A DNA stretch of 64,000 bases, from NCBI GenBank assembly GCA_963677435.1, contig OY781945.1, forward strand, positions 1,056,001-1,120,000. Reading direction: 5' to 3'. Below, one piece after another: positions 52,736 to 64,000 of this stretch. Position 1 is the first letter of the stretch. Every line of letters starts with the position of its first letter. The translations under genes were made by a program, and so were the position numbers. This DNA comes from an uncultured Aliarcobacter sp. Its GTDB lineage: Bacteria; Campylobacterota; Campylobacteria; Campylobacterales; Arcobacteraceae. The notes beneath the pieces are model-generated. The model ran no database searches. It worked only from the letters and a program-made list of their open reading frames with translations, and was not told where the DNA came from.

Positions 52736-54016
52736 TTAAAATTCTCCACTTAAATTATTTTTTCTTTCTTTTACCAGTCTATCAAGAGCATTTTCAAATC
52801 TCTTAAGTCCTTCAACAAGTAATTCTTCATCTATTAATAAAGGAGGTAAAAATTTAACAACTTGGTTTTCACTTCCACAAGTTTCGATAATTAATTGTTC
52901 TTGAAATGCAAAAGCTGAAATATCACTAGCCATTGATTTATCATTTTTTATTTCAAAACCATAAGCTAATCCTCTTCCCCTAATTTCAATTTCATAATCA
53001 TCTTTATATTTAAGAGCAATTTTTTCTAAAGCTTCTTTTAAAATATTTTCTTTATAAAATACAGCTTTAGAGATATTGTCATTTTGCCAATAGTGATCTA
53101 GTGAAACTTTTGAAGCAACAAATGCAAGATTATTTCCTCTAAATGTTCCTGTATGTTCACCAGGTTTCCATTGGTCTAAATGTGGCTTGAATAATAATAA
53201 AGCCATTGGAAGTCCACCTCCAATTGATTTTGATAGGGTTACCATATCTGGATTTATTCCTGCAAATTCAAAAGAGAAAAACTCTCCACTTCTTCCATTT
53301 CCAACTTGAATATCATCAATTATTAATAAAATATCAAACTCTCTACAAATTGCTTCAAGTTCCTGTAACCACTCTTTTGAAGCTACATTTATTCCACCTT
53401 CACCTTGAATAGTTTCAAGTATAACGGCAGCTGGTAAATCTACACCACTACTTCCATCTTCTAAAAATTTTCTAAAATATGTCAATGTATTCATATCTCC
53501 AAAATATCCATCAAATGGCATGAAAGTTGCATTTGTTCTTGAAATATAACTCTCATCTCTATATTCATTATTTCCTGTAACTGCTAGTGAACCTTGAGAA
53601 AGTCCATGATAACCATTTGTAAAAGCAACAATATTACTTCTTCCTTTTACAAGTCTTGCTAGTTTTAATGCAGTTTCAACAGCATTTGTTCCAGTAGGTC
53701 CTGTAAATTGAAGTTTATATTCAAGATTTCTTGGTTTTAATATTAGATTTTCAAAAGTTTGTAAAAACTCTTTTTTTGCAGTTGTTGCCATGTCTAAACC
53801 GTGAACAATACCATCTGCTTGAAGATATTCAATTAATGCTTTACTTATGTGTTCATTATTATGTCCATAATTTAAAGTTCCTGCTCCTGCAAAGAAATCA
53901 ATATATTCAACACCTTGCTCATCTGTTAATATTGCACCTTTTGCTTTTGTAAATATTGTTGGGAAACTTCTAATATATCCTCTTACTTCTGATTCTAAAT
54001 TTTCAAATATTCTCAT
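52736..54016 (-). CDS. ectB: Diaminobutyrate-2-oxoglutarate transaminase
   Basis: ESEVRGY, FFAGAGTLNYGHN, GEHTGTFRGNN. Confidence 0.96.
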   Translation of the reverse strand: MRIFENLESEVRGYIRSFPTIFTKAKGAILTDEQGVEYIDFFAGAGTLNYGHNNEHISKALIEYLQADGIVHGLDMATTAKKEFLQTFENLILKPRNLEYKLQFTGPTGTNAVETALKLARLVKGRSNIVAFTNGYHGLSQGSLAVTGNNEYRDESYISRTNATFMPFDGYFGDMNTLTYFRKFLEDGSSGVDLPAAVILETIQGEGGINVASKEWLQELEAICREFDILLIIDDIQVGNGRSGEFFSFEFAGINPDMVTLSKSIGGGLPMALLLFKPHLDQWKPGEHTGTFRGNNLAFVASKVSLDHYWQNDNISKAVFYKENILKEALEKIALKYKDDYEIEIRGRGLAYGFEIKNDKSMASDISAFAFQEQLIIETCGSENQVVKFLPPLLIDEELLVEGLKRFENALDRLVKERKNNLSGEF

Positions 54017-54048
54017 TTTTTTCCTTTTTTGTTCTTTTATTTTTGTAA

Positions 54049-54546
54049 TTATTTGTTGTTTTCTATTGGTCCAATTAAGTATTGAATTTCTTCTTCGTGG
54101 CCATCTATAAAATCATCTATTGAAAAAAGAGTTTCATTTTTAATTTTTGTATTTAAATGGTTTGCAACTTTTTCAAAAACTCTTTGTGAAGATTTGTTGC
54201 TTGGAGATACAGTAGATAGGATATATTTAATATCTTTTTTTAATTTATTTCTATTAAATATATCTATAATGATTTTAAGTGCTAAATTTTGACCTCTAAA
54301 TTTACTAGAAACAGCAACTTGCCAAATAAAAAGTTTTTCTTCTTCATTTGGAACTAAATAGCCTGAAACAAAACCTATTATCTCATTGTTATAAACAGCA
54401 ACACTACAAGTTTCATTAAAGTGAGTTGATTGAAGTAAATAGAGATATTCGGAGTTTAAATCGAGAGTTCCACCTGATTGGATTAAGTTAACAATTTCTT
54501 TTGCGTCATTTTTTTGCGGTTTTCTAAATAAAATACTGGAGTTCAT
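54049..54546 (-). CDS. ectA: Diaminobutyrate acetyltransferase
   Basis: LDLNSEYLYL, FIWQVAV..FRGQNLA. Confidence 0.95.
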   Translation of the reverse strand: MNSSILFRKPQKNDAKEIVNLIQSGGTLDLNSEYLYLLQSTHFNETCSVAVYNNEIIGFVSGYLVPNEEEKLFIWQVAVSSKFRGQNLALKIIIDIFNRNKLKKDIKYILSTVSPSNKSSQRVFEKVANHLNTKIKNETLFSIDDFIDGHEEEIQYLIGPIENNK

Positions 54547-54578
54547 CTAATTCCTTGTTTCATAAATTATGTTAAATA

Positions 54579-54628
54579 TTTACAATAATATTGTAAAATA
54601 TTTACATTTGAAGTGTGAAATTATAACA
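54579..54628 (-). promoter_or_regulatory. ect promoter with palindromic operator
   Basis: Extended -10 TGTTATAAT (minus, 54620-54628); perfect palindrome TTTACAATA-A-TATTGTAAA (54579-54597). Confidence 0.55.
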
Positions 54629-54780
54629 GTCAATTCTTATTTGTAGCTTAAAGTTGTATAAAAAATAGTCAGTGAAAGTAGCTGAAATTACCCTATATTA
54701 GGCTATGAAGAGAATTCTATTATTTTGTAAGAAAGGTAATCTGAGTTGTTTTGATTTGAGAGATTTTGAGATTTAGAATA

Positions 54781-55122
54781 TTAAAATGATTCTAAATCTT
54801 GGATTTCATTTTCTGAAATATTTTCTAATTTAGATTCAACTATTTCTAAAAAAACATTTTTATTTTGTTCATCCATATTTTCATTTATAATTTCTAAAAT
54901 ATATTTAATACCATTTGCATTTATTTTTTTTATATTTGCAAGGTAGTGTACAAATGCAACTATTTTAACATCATTAATAGAGTAGAGTTTTTTAATCTTG
55001 TGGTCTTTTTGAGGTAATAAACCTTTTTCTTCATACATTTTTAATGTTCTAATTTTTGCACTTAAAAGCTCAGAAATACTACTAAGTGGAAGAATATCTT
55101 TGTCATTATTAAGTAAAGCCAT
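54781..55122 (-). CDS. MerR/HspR-like transcriptional regulator
   Basis: LSSISELL...RTLKMYEEKGLL...LYSIND...INANGIK. Confidence 0.85.
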   Translation of the reverse strand: MALLNNDKDILPLSSISELLSAKIRTLKMYEEKGLLPQKDHKIKKLYSINDVKIVAFVHYLANIKKINANGIKYILEIINENMDEQNKNVFLEIVESKLENISENEIQDLESF

Positions 55123-55137
55123 TTTAACTCCTAAAAA

Positions 55138-56325
55138 TTATAATATATTTATTTCACTTCTATCTGTTGTTCTATCTAATTTTGTAGGAACGGTTCTATT
55201 TTTACTATTTATTTGATCTTCAATTTTTTTCTGGATAATTTTTGTATTTGCTAAGAAACTAGCTCTTTCTTTTCCTTCTAAACCATTAAGATCTGGTTTT
55301 GTAATAACTGATAATGGATCAATAGCAGTTCCATTTCTATATAAACCTAAATGTAAGTGAGGTCCAGAACTAAGACCTGAAGTTCCCACATAACCTATTA
55401 ATTCACCTTTCTTAACAGTTTTACCTTGTTTAATACCTTTTGCCCAGTTACTTTGATGTGCATAAAGTGTTTTATAGCCATTATTATGATTTATAATGGT
55501 AGTTTTACCATAACCACCTTTTACACCAGCAAATTCTATCCTTCCATCTGCTGCTGCATATATTGTTCTTCCAACAGGAGCTGCGAAGTCTGTTCCTAGG
55601 TGTGCTCTAAATCTTTTTAGAACAGGATGCCATCGTTTATTTGTAAATTGACTTGATATTCTTGTATAGTTTATAGGAATTTGAAAAAAATAAGATTTTG
55701 TAAATCCAGTTCCTTTTTCATCATAATATTTATCATCTTTTGGATTTTTAAATCTATAAAAAGGTGTTCCAGAAATTTCAACCATTGCAGCTTTTAAATC
55801 AGGCATTCCAAGAGGTCGCCCTAAGTAAACTTTTTGTGAATACTCTAAAGCAATAAAATCACCTTTTTGCATTTTTCTAAAATTTACACCTTGAGAAAAA
55901 ATTGATTTTAACATGGCTGCTAATGTAACATCCCCTGTTGCATCTGCAATATCTTGTGATACTGATTCAGTAATTTCAATAGCAATAAGCTCTGTATATT
56001 CTGTGTAATTTATTGGAAGAGTTTCGAATTTGTATTCATTATTATTGTCCCTATAAACATGTAGTTGAATATCATCAGATATAGGAATTAAAACTTGATT
56101 TAGCTTTCCATCATCATCTGTATATAAATAGTATCTACTATCTGCTGTTATTTCTGAACATAACTCTTGGTCTTCTTTTTCTAAATCAAAATATAATTTT
56201 TGTGAAACGGAGTATTTATCTAAAAAAGTTAAAAAACTCTCTCCTCTTGGCCAATTTAGTTCTTCAACTTGAGCTGAGTATAAAAAATTAAAAAATATAA
56301 TAATTGTTAGGATGATTTTTTTCAT
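55138..56325 (-). CDS. M23 peptidoglycan DD-endopeptidase
   Basis: HLGTD, YAHQ, GPHLH; signal peptide from ATG 56325. Confidence 0.92.
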   Translation of the reverse strand: MKKIILTIIIFFNFLYSAQVEELNWPRGESFLTFLDKYSVSQKLYFDLEKEDQELCSEITADSRYYLYTDDDGKLNQVLIPISDDIQLHVYRDNNNEYKFETLPINYTEYTELIAIEITESVSQDIADATGDVTLAAMLKSIFSQGVNFRKMQKGDFIALEYSQKVYLGRPLGMPDLKAAMVEISGTPFYRFKNPKDDKYYDEKGTGFTKSYFFQIPINYTRISSQFTNKRWHPVLKRFRAHLGTDFAAPVGRTIYAAADGRIEFAGVKGGYGKTTIINHNNGYKTLYAHQSNWAKGIKQGKTVKKGELIGYVGTSGLSSGPHLHLGLYRNGTAIDPLSVITKPDLNGLEGKERASFLANTKIIQKKIEDQINSKNRTVPTKLDRTTDRSEINIL

Positions 56326-56404
56326 AGTTTCTTCACTTTTTATTAAATAATTAGGGCAAACATTATACAATCCCCCAACTTAAAAAATTATCATGGAGGA
56401 ATAT

Positions 56405-57364
56405 TTGTTAAAATTAATAATTTTTTTATTAATTTCTTTTAATGTATATGCACAAGATTTAATAAAATTATATAGATATGAGGGAATTAATTCTGTAGAG
56501 AAAGAAATAGAAAACAGATTAAAAGATATAAGCTATTGGCAAGAGTATTTCCAAGATAAAAATGTAGACTATGGTTATTATGAATTCAAAAAATATGTAA
56601 TATTAGCTCAAAAAGATCAATCAGAAATTACAGTTTATCAAAAAGAGGGTAATGATTATAAATTATTATTAAGACATGGTGTTATAACTGGTGAAAATGC
56701 AGGTGATAAATTAACAGCAGGTGATAAAAAAACTCCAATAGGTGCTTATGAATTAGTTGAAAAAAAAGTTGGATTAGATAGTTTTTATGGCCCATTTGCA
56801 CTAGTGACTTCTTATCCAAATGTTTATGATAGAAGTTTAGATAAACAAGGTTATGGAATTTGGATTCATGGAATGCCTTTTAATGAGGAAAGAGAGAACT
56901 TTACAAAAGGTTGTATCGCTTTAGATAATAATGAACTTGAAGAATTAGATAAAAAAATTGATTTAAATAAAACAATTCTATTAACAAGTGAAAATGAGTT
57001 TAAAAAAGCAACTAAACAAGATATGGCTTTAATATTTAGTACTATCTATAAATGGAAAAATGCTTGGAAAGATTCTAATATTGAAGAATATTTATCTTTT
57101 TATTCAGATGATTTTAAAAGAGCAGACAAAAGTGATTTTAATACTTTTAAAGAACAAAAAAGTTCAATATTTGCAAAAAAAGAACAAAAAACAATTAAAT
57201 TTTCAAATATGGATGTTTCTCCTTATCCAAATTCATTAGGAAAAGATATGTATAAAGTTTTAATGGATGAAGAATATTTAAGTCCAGCAGTTAGATTTTA
57301 TGGAAAAAAAGAGTTGTTTTTAGAAATAGTAAACAACCAAGTAAAAATTCTCTCAGAGGATTAA
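56405..57364 (+). CDS. L,D-transpeptidase/carboxypeptidase (Csd6/Pgp2-like)
   Basis: GDKKTPIG, IWIHG, TKGCIA; NTF2-like C-terminal domain; TTG start after GGAGG. Confidence 0.88.
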   Translation: MLKLIIFLLISFNVYAQDLIKLYRYEGINSVEKEIENRLKDISYWQEYFQDKNVDYGYYEFKKYVILAQKDQSEITVYQKEGNDYKLLLRHGVITGENAGDKLTAGDKKTPIGAYELVEKKVGLDSFYGPFALVTSYPNVYDRSLDKQGYGIWIHGMPFNEERENFTKGCIALDNNELEELDKKIDLNKTILLTSENEFKKATKQDMALIFSTIYKWKNAWKDSNIEEYLSFYSDDFKRADKSDFNTFKEQKSSIFAKKEQKTIKFSNMDVSPYPNSLGKDMYKVLMDEEYLSPAVRFYGKKELFLEIVNNQVKILSED

Positions 57365-57427
57365 AATAAAATTTAACTCTTTTTAGATATAATCGCCCTA
57401 AATAACAACCATATTTTAAGGCGAAAG

Positions 57428-59641
57428 ATGCAAAAACAAGAGATGAACCTTCAAGAGATAGCACTTGCTCACTCTTTAACACTTGAAGAATTTGAAAATA
57501 TCAAAGAAATTTTAGGAAGAGAACCAAACTATGTAGAAATTGGTATCTTCTCTGCTATGTGGTCTGAGCACTGCTCATATAAATCAAGTAAAAAATATTT
57601 AAATGGTTTCCCAACAAAAGCTCCTTGGGTTATTCAAGGTCCAGGTGAAAATGCCGGTGTTATTGACATTGGTGATGGATATGCTGCTGTATTTAAAATG
57701 GAATCACATAATCATCCAAGTTTTATTGAACCTTATCAAGGTGCTGCTACTGGTGTTGGTGGTATTTTAAGAGATGTATTTACAATGGGTGCAAGACCAA
57801 TTGCAAATATGAATTCAATTAGATTTGCTTCAATTGAAGGAAATAGTGAAACTGCACAAAAACATAGATTTCTTTTAAGAGGTGTAGTTGCTGGTATTGG
57901 TGGATATGGTAACTGTATGGGAGTACCTACAATTGGTGGAGAAACTACATTTGAAGAGTGTTATGCTGGAAATAATCTTGTAAACGCATTTACTTTAGGT
58001 TTAGCAAAAGCTGATGAAATTTTCTACGGAAAAGCAGAAGGTATTGGAAATCCAGTAATGTATGTTGGTTCTAAAACAGGTAGAGATGGACTTGGTGGAG
58101 CTGTTATGAGTTCAGCAGCATTCGATGAAGATAGTGAGTCAAAAAGACCAACTGTTCAAGTTGGAGATCCCTTCACTGAAAAACTTCTTTTGGAAGCTTG
58201 TTTAGAACTATTCAAAACTGATTTAATAGTTGGTATTCAAGATATGGGAGCTGCTGGACTTACTTCGTCTTCATTTGAAATGGCAGGAAGATCTGGTTCT
58301 GGGATGATTATGCATTTAGATAAAGTTCCAGCAAGGGAAGAGGGTATGACTCCTTATGATTTCATGCTAAGTGAATCACAAGAGAGAATGCTTATTTGTG
58401 CTAAAAAAGGTTGTGAACAAGCAATTATTGATATTTTTGAAAAATGGGAATTAGATGTTGCTGTTATTGGTGAAGTAACTGCAACTGGAAATATGGAATT
58501 ATTCTGGCATGGTGAAAAATGTGCTGAAGTTCCAGTTCAACCAGTATCTGAACAAGCTCCTATTTTAGATAGACCAACAAAAAAACCAGCCTACTTAGAT
58601 GGAATTGAAAATATCACTTTAGATAAAGAGATTTCAAACCAAGTTGCATTTGATGATTTATTTTCTGATATGGAAGTTGTTGATAAATCTTGGGTTTATT
58701 CTCAATATGATTCAATGGTTCAAACAAATACAATCAAAGGTCCAGGCAAACTTGACGGTTCATCAATTAGAATCAAAGAGACTGGAAAAGCACTTTCAAT
58801 GAGTGCAGATTGTAATACAAGACTTTGTTATATTAATCCAGAATTAGGAGCAGCAGCTGCTGTTATGGAATCTGGAAGAAATGTAGCAATGACAGGAGCA
58901 GTTCCAAAAGCAATTACAGATTGTTTAAATTTTGGAAATCCTACAAATCCTGAAGTTATGTGGCAATTTGCAGCTTCATGTGAAGGAATCAAAAAAGCTT
59001 GTAAAGAGTTAAATACGCCAGTAATTGGTGGAAATGTATCTTTATATAATGAAACAAATGGAGTAGGAGTTTTCCCAACACCTTCAATTGCTATGGTTGG
59101 AGTAAATGAAGATGCTAATAAAGTATTACCTTCTTGTGTTCAAGAAAATGGAAATATTTTGTATATCTTAGGTGAAACTAAATCTGAATTTGGTGCTTCT
59201 TTATATATGAAAAAAATGTATGGAAAAGTTGCTGGAATTCATCCCGAAGTAAATTTTGAAAAAGAATTAGCATTATGGAATACAGTTATTGTTGCTAATC
59301 AAAAAAGTTTATTAAAATCTGCAAAAGATGTAAACATTGGTGGAATTGCAGTTTCATTATCAAAAATGGCAGTTGTAGGAAATAAAGGTGTTAAAGTATC
59401 TGTTTCTTTAAATGATTCAAAAGACATTTTCTCAGAATCTTTAAGTAGAGCAATTGTTGAAGTTAAACCTGAAAATTGTGAAGCGTTTGAAAAAGTTGCA
59501 AAATCTTATAATCTTTTATGTACAAAAATTGGAGAAGTTGGTGGAGATAAAATCTCTATTAATGATCTTTCTAAAGATTTAGATAAAGCTAGTTTCGTTT
59601 ATTTTAATAAATTCAAACAAGTAATAGAACAAGATTTATAA
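57428..59641 (+). CDS. purL: Phosphoribosylformylglycinamidine synthase subunit PurL
   Basis: [31 protein letters not shown]. Confidence 0.98.
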   Translation: MQKQEMNLQEIALAHSLTLEEFENIKEILGREPNYVEIGIFSAMWSEHCSYKSSKKYLNGFPTKAPWVIQGPGENAGVIDIGDGYAAVFKMESHNHPSFIEPYQGAATGVGGILRDVFTMGARPIANMNSIRFASIEGNSETAQKHRFLLRGVVAGIGGYGNCMGVPTIGGETTFEECYAGNNLVNAFTLGLAKADEIFYGKAEGIGNPVMYVGSKTGRDGLGGAVMSSAAFDEDSESKRPTVQVGDPFTEKLLLEACLELFKTDLIVGIQDMGAAGLTSSSFEMAGRSGSGMIMHLDKVPAREEGMTPYDFMLSESQERMLICAKKGCEQAIIDIFEKWELDVAVIGEVTATGNMELFWHGEKCAEVPVQPVSEQAPILDRPTKKPAYLDGIENITLDKEISNQVAFDDLFSDMEVVDKSWVYSQYDSMVQTNTIKGPGKLDGSSIRIKETGKALSMSADCNTRLCYINPELGAAAAVMESGRNVAMTGAVPKAITDCLNFGNPTNPEVMWQFAASCEGIKKACKELNTPVIGGNVSLYNETNGVGVFPTPSIAMVGVNEDANKVLPSCVQENGNILYILGETKSEFGASLYMKKMYGKVAGIHPEVNFEKELALWNTVIVANQKSLLKSAKDVNIGGIAVSLSKMAVVGNKGVKVSVSLNDSKDIFSESLSRAIVEVKPENCEAFEKVAKSYNLLCTKIGEVGGDKISINDLSKDLDKASFVYFNKFKQVIEQDL

Positions 59642-59666
59642 TATATTAAGAAGAGAATATCTCTTC

Positions 59667-61484
59667 TTAATATACATAGACTCTATTTCTTCCGCTAGTT
59701 TTTGCTTGATAAAGTGCCTCATCTGCTTTTTTAAATACACTTTCAAATGTATCATTTTTTGTTTTAAACTCACTAACTCCAATAGAAATTGTTATTTTAT
59801 CTACTGTTTTAAACTTTGAATTTTCAACTTCTTTTCTTAAATTATCTGCAATATTTTGCGCTTGAAATAAATCTGTAGTATCTAAAATTAAAACAAACTC
59901 TTCTCCTCCCCATCTTGCAAAAATGTCAGTTACTCTAATTTTACTTGAAATAATTCCAGCTAAATCTCTTAATACATAATCTCCAACATCATGTCCAAAA
60001 GTGTCATTTATTGTTTTAAATTTATCTATATCAATTATTCCTAGAATATATTTGTTGTTCTTTTCTGGTAGTTTTTTCAAAAGACCATTTCTATTCAAGA
60101 TTTTAGTTAAATTATCATGATAAGCTTTTACTGATAAATTATTATTTGATTTTTTTAGTTCAGCATTTTTTTCTTTTAGCATATTTAGTAAATAGTTGAA
60201 AAATCTTGAAACTATACCAATTTCTGTATCTCTTTCTTCATAAATTTTTCTATCTACATTTCCAGTTTTCATTATCTGAATAATACTTTGAATAGTGTCT
60301 ACCCAAGGTAATCTTGCATTATGTTCACTTCTATTTAACCCTAAAACTTCATGTTTTTTTCTTACTCTTAAAAGATTGATTTTACTTAAAAATAAAAAGA
60401 TTAATAATCCCGAAATAAAAGTAAAAAGAAAAGCTACTATTACTCCTAATGATTGAATATAAATAAAATGTAATCTAGTGAAATTTTCAGGTAATTTTGC
60501 AAAAATTCCAACTGCTATTGTTCCCCAAGCTCCAACAAATCCATGAATTGCAACAACACTTAAAGGATCATCAATTCGCAATCTTTTTGTCAAAAAGATA
60601 TCAGCATAGTGCATAATAAAAGAAGATATAAAACCAACAAACGCAGATTGAGTTGTGGTGAATTCAAAACATCCAGCTGTAATTCCTACAAGACCTGCAA
60701 TTATTCCAAAACTAAATATTTCAACGCCTACTTTATCTTTACTAAAAAGTGTAATTATCCAAGCAGAAAAACCACCAAAAACCCCTGCTAATAAAGTATT
60801 CATCAAAATAGATGTAACAGCTGGATCAAAAGCTAATAAACTTCCTGCATTAAATCCAAACCAAGCAAAAAATAGAATAAATACTCCAAAGACAATAAAA
60901 TTGTGATTACTTGGAGCAAAATATACAACTTTACCTTTTCTAAATTTCCCAAGTCTTGGCCCCAAAACTATTGCACCAGCTAATCCAATCCAAGCTCCAA
61001 GTGAATGCACAACTGTTGAACCTGCAAAATCTATAAAACCTAGATTTTTAAGCCAACCATGATCACTCCAAGCCCAATGACCAAAAATAGGATAAATTAC
61101 TGCACTTACAATAATTGCTACAACAATATACCCATTAAATTTTATTCTCTCAGCAACTGCACCTGAGACAATTGTAATTGCAGTTGCGGCAAACATTGCT
61201 TGAAAAAAGAAAAATCCGTTTAAGTGATGATCTGTACCATCTATTAAAAATTTATCTGTACCTATGAGTCCATAACTATCAAGACCAAACATAAGTCCAA
61301 AACCAAAAAGCCAAAAGAAAATAATACTAAATACTGTATCAATAAGATTCTTCATAGCTACATTTATAGTGTTTTTACTCCTTACCACACCAGTTTCAAC
61401 TAAAGAAAAACCAAGTTGCATCATAAAGACTAAAAAACCACATACTAGTATCCAAAATAGGTCTAATTCCTTAAAAGTTTCCAA
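59667..61484 (-). CDS. amt: Ammonium transporter fused to a GGDEF domain
   Basis: DFAGSTVVH, WFGFNAGS, DDPLSVVAIHG; C-terminal DNLT, DIDKFK, RWGGEEF. Confidence 0.93.
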   Translation of the reverse strand: METFKELDLFWILVCGFLVFMMQLGFSLVETGVVRSKNTINVAMKNLIDTVFSIIFFWLFGFGLMFGLDSYGLIGTDKFLIDGTDHHLNGFFFFQAMFAATAITIVSGAVAERIKFNGYIVVAIIVSAVIYPIFGHWAWSDHGWLKNLGFIDFAGSTVVHSLGAWIGLAGAIVLGPRLGKFRKGKVVYFAPSNHNFIVFGVFILFFAWFGFNAGSLLAFDPAVTSILMNTLLAGVFGGFSAWIITLFSKDKVGVEIFSFGIIAGLVGITAGCFEFTTTQSAFVGFISSFIMHYADIFLTKRLRIDDPLSVVAIHGFVGAWGTIAVGIFAKLPENFTRLHFIYIQSLGVIVAFLFTFISGLLIFLFLSKINLLRVRKKHEVLGLNRSEHNARLPWVDTIQSIIQIMKTGNVDRKIYEERDTEIGIVSRFFNYLLNMLKEKNAELKKSNNNLSVKAYHDNLTKILNRNGLLKKLPEKNNKYILGIIDIDKFKTINDTFGHDVGDYVLRDLAGIISSKIRVTDIFARWGGEEFVLILDTTDLFQAQNIADNLRKEVENSKFKTVDKITISIGVSEFKTKNDTFESVFKKADEALYQAKTSGRNRVYVY

Positions 61485-61632
61485 TATATAAATCCTTTAA
61501 ATTTCTCAGAAAAATATATTGTAACACAGAAAATAATTAATCATGTGATAAAAAGTATACACTTTTTAATCAAGGGAGTCCTAATTGCTTTTTTAGTATA
61601 ATCACAAAAACTATAAAACTTGGGGAAGACAA

Positions 61633-63165
61633 TTGAGAGCATTAATTAGTGTAAGTGACAAAAGTGGTGTTGAAAATTTTGCTAAAGAACTTGTAACATT
61701 AGGTTATGAAATTATTAGTACAGGTGGAACATATAATAAACTTAAAGATGCAGGAATTGCGGTAATCGAAGCAAATGAAGTTACTAAATTTCCTGAGTGT
61801 TTTGAAGGAAGAGTTAAAACTCTAAATCCATATATTCATGGTGGGATTTTACATAGAAGAGATAAACAATCTCATTTAGATCAAGCGCAAGAACTTGGAG
61901 TTGAGGGAATTGATTTAGTTTGTGTTAACTTATATCCATTTAAAGCAACAATAGAAAAAACTGATGATTTTGAAGAAATAATTGAAAACATCGATATTGG
62001 TGGCCCAGCAATGGTTAGATCTGCTGCTAAAAATTTTGATTCAGTTATTATTGTAACAGATGTTGCTGATTATGATTTAGTATTAAATAATCTTAAAAAT
62101 GACACAAATACAGTTGAATTTAGAAGAGATATGATGATTAAAGCATATGAGCATACGGCTGCTTACGATTCTATGATTGCAAATTATATGAATAAAAGAT
62201 TTAATGGTGGATTTGGAGCAAAACAATTTATTGTTGGTTCTAAAGTATTTGATACAAGATATGGAGAAAACCCACATCAAAAAGGTGCATTATACGAATT
62301 TGATACTCAATTTACAAATAAATTCAAAACTGTAAAAGGTGAAGCAAGTTTTAATAATATGGGTGATATTTCAGGAGCTGCTAGAATTGCTGCTGCATTT
62401 GGAAAAGAAAATGCTATTTGTATTGTTAAACATGGAAACCCTTGTGGTTTTGCAATTAAAGATTCATTATTAGAATCTTATGTTGAAGCACTTAAATGTG
62501 ATCCAGTTTCTGCTTTTGGTGGAGTTGTAGCTGTTAATGGAACAGTTGATAAAGAATTAGCTGAAAAAATGAATGAAATTTTCTTAGAAGTTATCTTTGC
62601 CGCTAGCTTTACACCTGAAGCTGTTGCTGTATTTGATTCTAAAAAAAGAATCAAATTATTTGAGCAAGGAACACAATATTTAGAACTTGCAAATGATACT
62701 GTTGATTTCAAAAGAGTTGATGGAGGATTTGTATTCCAAGATGCTGATAAAGTAAAAGAAGATGAAGTTAGAAATTCTGAGTTAAAATCAAAAAGAATTG
62801 CAACTGAACAAGAAGTAAAAGATATGGAAATTGCATATAAAATTGCTAGTTTAACAAAATCAAATTGTGTTGTATATGTAAAAGATTCTGCAATGGTAGC
62901 TGTTGGTATGGGTATGACTTCAAGAGTTGATGCTTCAAAAGCTGCTTTAAGAAAAGCTGAAGATATGGGAATCGATGTAAAAGGTGCTGTTTTAGCTTCA
63001 GAAGCATTCTTCCCATTTAGAGATAGTATTGATGCCGCAGCTGTTGCTGGTGTTAAATGTGTAATTGAGCCAGGTGGATCAATCAGAGATGATGAAATTA
63101 TAGATGCAGCAAATGAATATGATATGGCTCTATATTTCTCAGGAATTAGACATTTCTTACATTAG
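61633..63165 (+). CDS. purH: Bifunctional AICAR transformylase/IMP cyclohydrolase
   Basis: [33 protein letters not shown]. Confidence 0.98.
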   Translation: MRALISVSDKSGVENFAKELVTLGYEIISTGGTYNKLKDAGIAVIEANEVTKFPECFEGRVKTLNPYIHGGILHRRDKQSHLDQAQELGVEGIDLVCVNLYPFKATIEKTDDFEEIIENIDIGGPAMVRSAAKNFDSVIIVTDVADYDLVLNNLKNDTNTVEFRRDMMIKAYEHTAAYDSMIANYMNKRFNGGFGAKQFIVGSKVFDTRYGENPHQKGALYEFDTQFTNKFKTVKGEASFNNMGDISGAARIAAAFGKENAICIVKHGNPCGFAIKDSLLESYVEALKCDPVSAFGGVVAVNGTVDKELAEKMNEIFLEVIFAASFTPEAVAVFDSKKRIKLFEQGTQYLELANDTVDFKRVDGGFVFQDADKVKEDEVRNSELKSKRIATEQEVKDMEIAYKIASLTKSNCVVYVKDSAMVAVGMGMTSRVDASKAALRKAEDMGIDVKGAVLASEAFFPFRDSIDAAAVAGVKCVIEPGGSIRDDEIIDAANEYDMALYFSGIRHFLH

Positions 63166-63169
63166 AAAA

Positions 63170-63202
63170 TATGAAAGATTGATTATAAATCAATCTTTCA
63201 TT
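63170..63202. terminator. Hairpin/terminator between convergent genes
   Basis: ATGAAAGATTGATT-ata-AATCAATCTTTCAT. Confidence 0.7.
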
Positions 63203-63238
63203 CTCCCTTTTCATTAGAAAATAAAATATTTTACTAAT

Positions 63239-64000
63239 CTAGTGAGACATAAATATAGGTAAAGTTGAATGCTCTAATAAATATCTAGTTGCACCACCAA
63301 ACATAAGTTCTCTTAAACCTTTATGTCCATATGCTCCTGCAACAATTAAATCAAAATTCCCATCAAGTGCTGCATTTAATAAAGCTTCCCCTGGAATTCT
63401 TGTAGTCTCTACAATTTTATAAGTTGCATCAATATCATGAAATTTAAGATAATCAATTAATTGATTAATTTTGTGCATATCAACTCCACTGTATTCATCA
63501 GAAGATACAATTTGTACTTTTTCTGCCAGTTTTAGTAATTCAATAGAAGAGGTTATAGCTCTTGATGATTCAACTGTATTATTCCATCCAATAAGTATGG
63601 ATTTTGTACTAAAAGTTTTCATTTTTCTTGGGAACATAAGAACTGGTTTTCCACTTTTTAAAACAGATGTTTCAAATGTAGCAGTAGCAATTCCTGATGG
63701 AGGTGCAGCAGCAATTACAATATCACAAAATTTCGATTCTTCTTCAACTAAAAAACTTCTATTTCCTTCTTTAACAGTTAATAGTGCATGAACTTTATTT
63801 GGAATAGGAGTAGTTGATATTTCCATTCCAGCAATTTTTCCAATTTCTTTAATAGCATTTTCAAATTCAATTGATTCATCTTTTGTTCTAAGTGCAATAA
63901 CTTCGTCTATTTCTTTCATAACTTGAGCAGAAATACCTAGACTTTTATACATATTTTTACCAGTATCATGTATACATCTTAAAATCTCTAAGTTTGCATC
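63239..64000 (-). CDS. Universal stress protein (5' end outside the window)
   Basis: Frame is open to the window edge; DLIVAGAYGH...FGGATRYLL. Confidence 0.9.
   Translation of the reverse strand, partial: DANLEILRCIHDTGKNMYKSLGISAQVMKEIDEVIALRTKDESIEFENAIKEIGKIAGMEISTTPIPNKVHALLTVKEGNRSFLVEEESKFCDIVIAAAPPSGIATATFETSVLKSGKPVLMFPRKMKTFSTKSILIGWNNTVESSRAITSSIELLKLAEKVQIVSSDEYSGVDMHKINQLIDYLKFHDIDATYKIVETTRIPGEALLNAALDGNFDLIVAGAYGHKGLRELMFGGATRYLLEHSTLPIFMSH

Noticed and set aside
1..64000. CRISPR array, tRNA/rRNA genes, intact IS transposase or prophage structural genes
   Set aside because: None seen; the only tRNA-like arm belongs to tmRNA.

Overview
AT-rich chromosomal window from an Arcobacter/Aliarcobacter-like member of Campylobacterota, inferred from gene content and order (tig-clpP-def-comM, CASDH/nspC, tmRNA tag ANNTNYAPAYAKAA). 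The backbone is housekeeping: MCP, a two-component pair, transsulfuration enzymes, tmRNA, polyamine synthesis, two ppk2, era, a T2SS/competence-like cluster, corA, folE, ectABCD-ask, cell-wall peptidases, purL and purH. There are two accessory regions. (1) About 9.1-15.2 kb, next to the tmRNA 3' end: a degraded island with an AlpA pseudogene and an AraC-cupin-ADH-cyclophilin-like-MFS cluster. Three genes in this cluster have a signal peptide followed by an internal RBS and ATG. (2) A 15.8-kb integrative element (26901-42723) that splits comM at its Walker B motif. It has imperfect terminal inverted repeats, a 6-bp footprint and an internal near-copy of its left junction. It encodes a trio of tyrosine recombinase, TnpC-like protein and large tyrosine recombinase, a Detocs-like anti-phage operon, a secreted endonuclease I with an ATA start, and two unexplained genes, one a possible GNAT+ParB-like fusion. 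The nearby gspE/ctsE ATPase is broken independently. All family assignments come from motif recognition by eye; no database search was run.
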